Below, in pieces: positions 57,844-64,000 of a DNA stretch of 64,000 bases. The stretch comes from Candidatus Dadabacteria bacterium. GTDB lineage: Bacteria > Desulfobacterota_D > UBA1144 > Nemesobacterales > UBA2774. The position numbers were made by a program, and so were the translations under genes. The DNA is taken from assembly GCA_020849425.1 (NCBI GenBank), contig JADLGH010000080.1, positions 823 to 64,822 of the forward strand, written 5' to 3'. Position 1 is the first letter of the stretch; each line of letters starts with the position of its first letter. The notes under the pieces are model-generated. The model saw nothing but the letters and a program-made list of their open reading frames with translations, made no database searches and was not told where the DNA came from.

Positions 57844-60800
57844 ATGCGCTACAAGATTCCCATCATATTCGGGGTCCTTCTCGGGATCCTGGTCCTTATC
57901 CTGACGGGGGCGTACTTTTTCACCCAGACGGAGTATTTCAGGGGCCTCGTAAAACGGAAGACGGAAGAGATCGTGAGCTCCGCGACGGGACAGAAGCTCA
58001 CCATAGGGAGCGTCGAGGGGACATTCTTTTACAGTATCAGGCTAAAGGACGTGTCGTTCGAGGTCGAGGGCGAGGGGTTCGTCGCCGTGGACGAGGCGGA
58101 GCTCGTCTATTCGATCCCGGCGATGCTGAACTCGACCTTTCTCTTCGGAAGGAATGTGCTCGTGGACGGCATTACGCTCAGGGGCGCGGACGTGAGGCTC
58201 GTAAAGTACGCGGACGGGACCTGGAACTTCGGCAGGATAGGCAAGAAGAAAGAAAGGGAAGAAGACAGGGAGAAGGAGTCGAAGGGGCCGCCCCGGTGGA
58301 ACATAACCGCCCCGAGCGTCGAGCTCGACGGCGTAAGGCTGACAGTGGACGACAGGGAGAGCGGGAAGGTTTCGGAATACCTGCTTAACAACACGGAGCT
58401 TTCGGTACGCCTCGGCAACATCTACGAGAGGATAGAGGCGGATATAAAGAACGCCGACTTCGACGCCGTGAACGAGGGTATTGCCGTGAGGGGGCTTTCG
58501 ACGAAGGCCCTTTATTCGCCGGACGCTGCGGAGGTCGAAAATCTGAAGGTAAGTGTTAACGGGGCCGAGATAAGCGGGAGCGTAAGGGCCGAGGACCTTC
58601 GGGATACCCCCGATTTCATACTGGACATAGCGGCCAGGAACTACGAGATAAAGGACATCGGGACGGTGAGCGTAGAGGCGAAGGGACGGGGCGGGTACGC
58701 CGGGCCCGGGGATATAAGGGCCGACCTCAGCATCGTCGTCCCGGAATCGGAGCTTTACGGGGAAAAGGTTTCGGGCAAGCTCGACGGCATAAAGATGTCG
58801 GGCACCAGGATCGACCTCGGGGACGGGAAGATAGTCACCGGGCCGGGGGAGCTCGAAATAAGCGGCGGGGCGGACATAAAGCGCATACTCACGAAGGAAG
58901 GCGAGAACTCGTTTAACGTAAATCTAAACCTCAAGAACGTTAAGACGGCAGAGGTCTTCACACTCCTCGAAGAGAAGGCCCATACGAGGCCCGAGGGGAT
59001 AAACACCCGGCTCGACGCCGTTCTGAACGGCGAGATAAAGGCGCGGGGGAGCTGGGTCGAGCTCGATGATATGAAGGCATCGGCGGACATCGCGAGACTC
59101 GACATAAAGGGCGCCAGCGCCGGGGAGCTCAAGCTCACGGGGAAGGTGGATTATTCGCGGAGCGCCCTCGGGCTCGACGTGAAGACAGCCCTTAACAAGC
59201 TAAATCCCGGCGTCATAGCGAACAAGAAGGACCTTGACGGAAGCGTAACGACTGACCTCGCCGTGAAGGCGTCCGTACCGCTGGAGGGCGACGTCGTACG
59301 AGGCATGCACGGGACCGTCAAGGGGAGCATAAAGCCTTCGCACATCTACAACCTCGATATTAAAAGCGGAAAGATAGACGTCACGTACGAGAAGGAGGTC
59401 CTTACGGCGAGGGCGCTCACGATCGACGGCGACGGGTTTAAGCTCAACGTGACCGACGGAAGGGGAGGGAGGAAGGGCGTCAACCTGGGATACGAGCTCG
59501 AAGTTAAGGACCTCGCGCTTATATCGAAGTTCGCCAAGGGGACCGAATTCGCGGGCTCGCTAGAGGCGAAGGGGCGCGTCGAAGGGGATATAAAGAACCC
59601 GAGGATTACCATCGACGGGGACGTGGACGGCTTCGAGATGAACGACAACATAAAGGCCGAGACGATAACGATAACCGCGGAAGGAACACCGGACCTGTCG
59701 AACCCGGACATCAGGGCAGAGATAAACGCCGGGACCATATCGGTGGGCGAGAGGGAGTTCGAGAGCGTCGAGATCGACGCCGACAGCGAGGGCGGGAAGG
59801 CGATAAACGTGGACGCGGTGATAACCGAGAACGACGACTTCAAGTACACCGTCCACGCTGCGATAGACGATTTGACCGGAAGGAAAAAGCACATCGAGAT
59901 ATCGAAGCTCCTTTTAGACCTCGAAGACACGGAGCTCGAAAACAGGGAGAACATATCCCTGACGATAGCGCCGGATTCGCTCGTCCTGGATTCGTTCAAT
60001 CTTTATTACAACGACACCTCTGCCGTCGCCGACGCGACTATATTCTACGACGGGAGCGTCGAGGCAAGAGTGAACCTGAAGGATCTCAGCCTGAACGACG
60101 TCGTGAAGGTGTTCTCCCCCAAGGCCGAGGTCGAGGGCGCACTTTCGGCCGACATAGACGCTTCAGGGACAATGACCTCGCCGCAGATGAGGGCGAAGAT
60201 AAACATCGGAAACATCGTATACAAGGATTTTAAGAACGACGATATCGATCTCGACGTTTCGTACCTCGAACGGAACCTCACGCTCAAGTTCGACATTACG
60301 AACGAGGGGGCGTCGATAATGCAGGCGAGCGGGAGCTCGAACGTCGATCTTAACCTGAAGGAGCCGGAAGGGAACGTCGAGAACGCCCCGTTTAACCTGA
60401 CGGTTACGTCGAGCGGGGTGGACCTGAGCCCGCTTTCGACGTTCGTGCCGGAGGTGGAAAAGTCCACGGGGGTTCTGGTCGTCGACTTAAAAGCGAGCGG
60501 GACGCTCGGGAGGCCGGTTGCGAACGGCCAGCTCTCGATGAAGGACGCGATCTTTAAAATCAAGTCGCTGAGGAACGAGCTCAAGGTGGAAAGCGCGCTC
60601 GTCGAGATGAACGGGCAGAAGGGATTTTTAAGAGAGCTTATCGTTCATTCGGGGCCGAACGGAACGGGGAGCTTCACCGGCGAGATAGACATACCGACCA
60701 TGACCTTCGACCTGAAAGGCGACCTCAAGGATTTCCTGATAAGGCCGAAGAACGTAGCCGGGCGGCTCAGCGGAAACATAGATGTCGAGGGAGAGGGATC

Positions 60801-61683
60801 GAAGATCGCGCTCAAGGGGAGTCTTACCGTTTCGAGGGCGAGGATCACGATTCCCGAAACGGAGGAAAGGCAGGTCGAGGAGATCAAGTTCGTCGACGAG
60901 CGGGAAGACGAGTTCACGGTCCAGGCCGGCCCGCCTTCGGATTACTTCAAGCAGAACATTGCCATGGATTTAAGGGTGAGGATGAGGAGGAACAACTGGG
61001 TGCGCGGGCGCGGGGCGAACATAGAGCTCAGGGGAGACCTCGACATAAAGAAGGAATACGAGCAGGACATGAGGATAGTCGGGAACATAAGCACCATACG
61101 GGGGACGTACGAGAATTTCGGAAAGCTTTTCAGGATCGTCCAGGGGAACGTGAGCTTCTCGGGGACGCCCGATATTAACCCCTTCCTCGATATAAGGGCG
61201 CTTTACAGGGTGTCCGGCGTCGAGATATACATAAACATATCGGGGACCGCGAAAAAGCCCGTAGTCGAGCTTACGAGCGACCCGCCGATGTCGGAGACGG
61301 ACATGGTCTCGTATATAGTTTTCGGCGCGCCGTCGGACCAGATAGGCACGAGCGACAGGGCATCCATACAGGGAGTGGCTTCGGGGCTCGCGGGCGGCGT
61401 GGCCGCGGCGCAGCTCGAGAAGATGCTTGGAAGCCAGTTCAAGCTAGACGTAGTGAGCATAGGAGCCGGCTCGCAGGGACCCGAGCTCGAAGTCGGCAAG
61501 TACCTGACCGAGGACCTCTATTTCGCCGTCGAAAGGCAGACCACGCAGTCGCTGGCGGATTCGACGACCATAACCCAGACCAAGGTAATCGTCGAATACA
61601 CCATATTCAAGAACGTTTCCATAAACGGGGACATAGGCGGCGAGAATCCGGGCGTCGACGTGTTCTATAATTTCAACTACTAG
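57844..61683 (+). CDS. TamB-like translocation and assembly module protein (AsmA/DUF490 family)
   Basis: Inner ATG (57754+90) gives MRYKIPIIFGVLLGILVLILTGAYFF, an N-terminal anchor. Long repetitive beta-rich body. The C-terminal DUF490-like end (..GKYLTEDLYF......V.Y....) is typical of TamB. Confidence 0.8.
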   Translation: MRYKIPIIFGVLLGILVLILTGAYFFTQTEYFRGLVKRKTEEIVSSATGQKLTIGSVEGTFFYSIRLKDVSFEVEGEGFVAVDEAELVYSIPAMLNSTFLFGRNVLVDGITLRGADVRLVKYADGTWNFGRIGKKKEREEDREKESKGPPRWNITAPSVELDGVRLTVDDRESGKVSEYLLNNTELSVRLGNIYERIEADIKNADFDAVNEGIAVRGLSTKALYSPDAAEVENLKVSVNGAEISGSVRAEDLRDTPDFILDIAARNYEIKDIGTVSVEAKGRGGYAGPGDIRADLSIVVPESELYGEKVSGKLDGIKMSGTRIDLGDGKIVTGPGELEISGGADIKRILTKEGENSFNVNLNLKNVKTAEVFTLLEEKAHTRPEGINTRLDAVLNGEIKARGSWVELDDMKASADIARLDIKGASAGELKLTGKVDYSRSALGLDVKTALNKLNPGVIANKKDLDGSVTTDLAVKASVPLEGDVVRGMHGTVKGSIKPSHIYNLDIKSGKIDVTYEKEVLTARALTIDGDGFKLNVTDGRGGRKGVNLGYELEVKDLALISKFAKGTEFAGSLEAKGRVEGDIKNPRITIDGDVDGFEMNDNIKAETITITAEGTPDLSNPDIRAEINAGTISVGEREFESVEIDADSEGGKAINVDAVITENDDFKYTVHAAIDDLTGRKKHIEISKLLLDLEDTELENRENISLTIAPDSLVLDSFNLYYNDTSAVADATIFYDGSVEARVNLKDLSLNDVVKVFSPKAEVEGALSADIDASGTMTSPQMRAKINIGNIVYKDFKNDDIDLDVSYLERNLTLKFDITNEGASIMQASGSSNVDLNLKEPEGNVENAPFNLTVTSSGVDLSPLSTFVPEVEKSTGVLVVDLKASGTLGRPVANGQLSMKDAIFKIKSLRNELKVESALVEMNGQKGFLRELIVHSGPNGTGSFTGEIDIPTMTFDLKGDLKDFLIRPKNVAGRLSGNIDVEGEGSKIALKGSLTVSRARITIPETEERQVEEIKFVDEREDEFTVQAGPPSDYFKQNIAMDLRVRMRRNNWVRGRGANIELRGDLDIKKEYEQDMRIVGNISTIRGTYENFGKLFRIVQGNVSFSGTPDINPFLDIRALYRVSGVEIYINISGTAKKPVVELTSDPPMSETDMVSYIVFGAPSDQIGTSDRASIQGVASGLAGGVAAAQLEKMLGSQFKLDVVSIGAGSQGPELEVGKYLTEDLYFAVERQTTQSLADSTTITQTKVIVEYTIFKNVSINGDIGGENPGVDVFYNFNY

Positions 61684-61698
61684 ATTTAACACCGGCTG

Positions 61699-62136
61699 TT
61701 ATTGAAGATTCGTGTCGGAGCCCGCACGAGTCCTCGGCATCGGGATGGGGGAAGCGTGGTGTATGACGAGCTTCCAGCCGGAGCCGGTTTTGCGGAAGAC
61801 GTTAGTGGACTGGGCGAATCCGGTCCTCATGCCGTCCCCGGCCCCGTGGATTATCTTCTCGACGCAGACGACCCATGCGAGCCCTTCGGTTACCTCTACG
61901 CTCACGTTCGAAATCTCTATCGTTTCGGGGACTCCCTCTTCGAAAATATTCTTCCAGCTCTCTTTAATCGCCTCCCAGCCGTAGAGCATGGGCCAGCCGG
62001 GGTGAACGCACTTGTCCTCGGCACCGCCGAGCCACGCGTCTGACATGAGGTCCATGTCGGCCCGGTTTACGGCGAGATAAAACTTCTCGTTGGCCGAAAC
62101 GACTTCTTCGGCTTCCTGGTCGAACGTTTCATTCAT
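61699..62136 (-). CDS. NTF2-like (SnoaL/DUF4440) family protein
   Basis: 145 aa. ANEKFYLAVNRADMDLMSDAW......CVHPGW....G.EAI..SW is a typical pattern for this fold. Confidence 0.7.
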   Translation of the reverse strand: MNETFDQEAEEVVSANEKFYLAVNRADMDLMSDAWLGGAEDKCVHPGWPMLYGWEAIKESWKNIFEEGVPETIEISNVSVEVTEGLAWVVCVEKIIHGAGDGMRTGFAQSTNVFRKTGSGWKLVIHHASPIPMPRTRAGSDTNLQ

Positions 62137-62201
62137 CGGAGAAAAAGATTATTACTGAATTCCGGGGACGACTCCAGTCCGGGACGCGCACGGGGCGCAT
62201 C

Positions 62202-63362
62202 TTACCCCGAGGCTTCGAGCATCCCGTAGTCGTCGATAAGCCGGAGAAGATGATCGATTTCTTCGAGAACCGCCGGGTCTTCCTCGGATTTTTTCATACC
62301 GAGTAGCGGGCCCAGCGCGCCCTTCCCTTCGAGCTTCCAGAGGGCCCAGGCGGCGTGAATCCTGACGAGCGCCTCTTCGTCGCCGAGGCGCTCCGTAACG
62401 ACGGGGACGAAAGAGGGGTCGCCCGAATTCCCGATGGCGACGAGGGCGTTCCGGAGGAGCCCCCTTCGCTTGGCGCGTTTTACCGGGCTCCCCTTGAAGA
62501 GCGTTCTGAACTCTTCGGGGCCGAGGGAGACTATGGAGTCGAGACCCGGATTATAGAGGCCGGGCCTCGGCCGGAACGAGGCTTCGTCCGTTGCCGGGGC
62601 CTTCCTGTTCCACGGGCAGACGTCCTGGCAGATGTCGCAGCCGAATATATTGGAGCCCGTCTTGTCCCGGAGATCGAACGGCATACTGTCCTTGAGCTCT
62701 ATCGTGAGGTAGGAGATGCAGAGACGGGAGTCGAGCGCGTAGGGGCCGGTGAGTGCGTCCGTCGGGCAGGCGTCGATGCACCTCGTGCACGTGCCGCACC
62801 TGTCGGGGGCGGGTGAGTCGTACTCGAGCTCGACGTCCGTTATGAGCTCGCCGAGGAATATCCACGAGCCCGTCTCCTGGTTTATGAGGCAGGTGTTCTT
62901 GCCTATCCAGCCTATGCCGCCGTATCTCGCGTGCGCCCTTTCGAGGACGGGACCCGTATCGGAGTATCGCATGATCCCGGCAGAGCCCGACGTTTCGGCG
63001 CGTATGAAGCCGGAGAGGGACGACAGCCTCTCGTCCATCACGTCGTGGTAGTCGTCGCCCCAGGCGTAGCGCGCTATCCAGCCTTTGCGGCTGTCGCCGC
63101 ATGACGTCGAATACGGCGTATCGGTGTTGTAGTTGAGCCCGCACGTTATGACGGACTTTGCGCCGGGGAGTATGTTGCGCACGTCTTCGCGCCTCTCCAC
63201 GCGGCGCTCGAGATAGTGCATCTCCCCCGCGTGCCCCCTTGAGAGCCATTCCTTGTAGCGCTGGCCGTCAGGGAGGGGCCCCGCCGGGGATACGCCGACG
63301 AGGTCGAACCCGAGCGAGCGGGCGTGGCGTTTTATGCCGGAGGTGAGGTCTTTGACTCCCAT
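62202..63362 (-). CDS. queG: tRNA epoxyqueuosine(34) reductase QueG
   Basis: Two 4Fe-4S motifs (CGTCTRCIDACPT; CDICQDVCPWN), DUF1730-type N-terminus and a C-terminal HEAT-like repeat. Confidence 0.92.
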   Translation of the reverse strand: MGVKDLTSGIKRHARSLGFDLVGVSPAGPLPDGQRYKEWLSRGHAGEMHYLERRVERREDVRNILPGAKSVITCGLNYNTDTPYSTSCGDSRKGWIARYAWGDDYHDVMDERLSSLSGFIRAETSGSAGIMRYSDTGPVLERAHARYGGIGWIGKNTCLINQETGSWIFLGELITDVELEYDSPAPDRCGTCTRCIDACPTDALTGPYALDSRLCISYLTIELKDSMPFDLRDKTGSNIFGCDICQDVCPWNRKAPATDEASFRPRPGLYNPGLDSIVSLGPEEFRTLFKGSPVKRAKRRGLLRNALVAIGNSGDPSFVPVVTERLGDEEALVRIHAAWALWKLEGKGALGPLLGMKKSEEDPAVLEEIDHLLRLIDDYGMLEASG

Positions 63363-63426
63363 AGGGATATTTTATCACATGGCGGTAAAGCGGACCGCGA
63401 ATGGGAGAGAATGAATGGGCGCGCCT

Positions 63427-63921
63427 TTATTCGGACCAGCCGCCCGGGTGTTTTTTGGCGACGTAGATGAGGGAGGCTATCTCGCTCACCGCCGGCCCGC
63501 CCGAATGGTACGTTACGAAGTAGGAGCGCGCCTTGACGCCGGACGGGGCGTCGGGCGGCGCCGCGGAGAAGCCGGCCTTGCCCATGAGGGGGATGTCGGA
63601 TTCTCCCCCGCAGAGGAGGACGATGTCCTTGTCGGCCACGCCGAGCTCTGACTTTAGCGCGTCGTAGAGGCCGAGGGCGTCGGGGAGGCCCTGGTGGAGC
63701 TCTATACCCAGTGTTTCGGCCACTGACGATATAGCGTTTGACTTCGACCTGGAGAAGGCCGCGAACTCGACGCCGCCGTGCCTGAGGGCCGAAATATATT
63801 TCGCGTCCGGCAGGCTGCCGTTGCCGTTGGCCCGACCGTGCTCAAACCCGTCGGCGTTTACGAGAACGAGCCTTACGCCGGCGAGCTTTTTTACGAGATC
63901 AGTTCTTAGCTTCTGGAACAT
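63427..63921 (-). CDS. KdsC-like HAD-IIIA family protein with a non-canonical active site
   Basis: Collinear with KDO-8-P phosphatase: LVLVNADG.., AAFSRS, LGIELHQG, LLCGGESDIPLM, SGGPAVSEI. The catalytic DxD, Lys and GDD motifs are altered (see findings). Confidence 0.7.
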   Translation of the reverse strand: MFQKLRTDLVKKLAGVRLVLVNADGFEHGRANGNGSLPDAKYISALRHGGVEFAAFSRSKSNAISSVAETLGIELHQGLPDALGLYDALKSELGVADKDIVLLCGGESDIPLMGKAGFSAAPPDAPSGVKARSYFVTYHSGGPAVSEIASLIYVAKKHPGGWSE

Positions 63922-64000
63922 TGAATCCTTACGGGGCGGCCCGCATCCGCCCCAGCATTTTAAGGCATCGGGCGCTTAATGCAAGTGGCCCGGGGTGCGC

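Overview
GC-rich 64-kb chromosomal segment from a Gram-negative bacterium. The gene order (pilB-pilT-pilC-pilS-pilR; zapB-like/zapA/5-FCL/rny) recalls Desulfobacterota/Myxococcota-type genomes; taxonomy was not tested. I support about 60 protein genes and 2 tRNAs (Phe-GAA, Pro-GGG). I see no rRNA, CRISPR array, transposase or integrase. Most genes are housekeeping: miaB, trmFO, surE, purM, glyQS, ppdK, rny, prfA, purU, htpG, radA, murI, etfBA, queG. Loci worth a second look: (1) a nine-heme HAO-family cytochrome behind a porin gene and tRNA-Phe, with a sigma-54-type promoter upstream of the porin; (2) a type IV pilus motor/regulator operon with no pilin gene, preceded by a second sigma-54-type promoter and a candidate enhancer; (3) a PHA locus with two tandem PhaR/PhaE-like paralogues carrying Lys-rich tails; (4) a MoxR-VWA operon holding a sharply AT-rich, foreign-looking membrane ORFan; (5) a ~120-bp tandem duplication at a convergent gene junction; (6) a KdsC-like HAD protein with substituted catalytic residues; (7) a 5-FCL gene with no canonical start downstream of zapA. 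The many long antisense ORFs in the track are codon-aligned mirror artefacts. All family assignments are by eye from motifs; no database search was possible.
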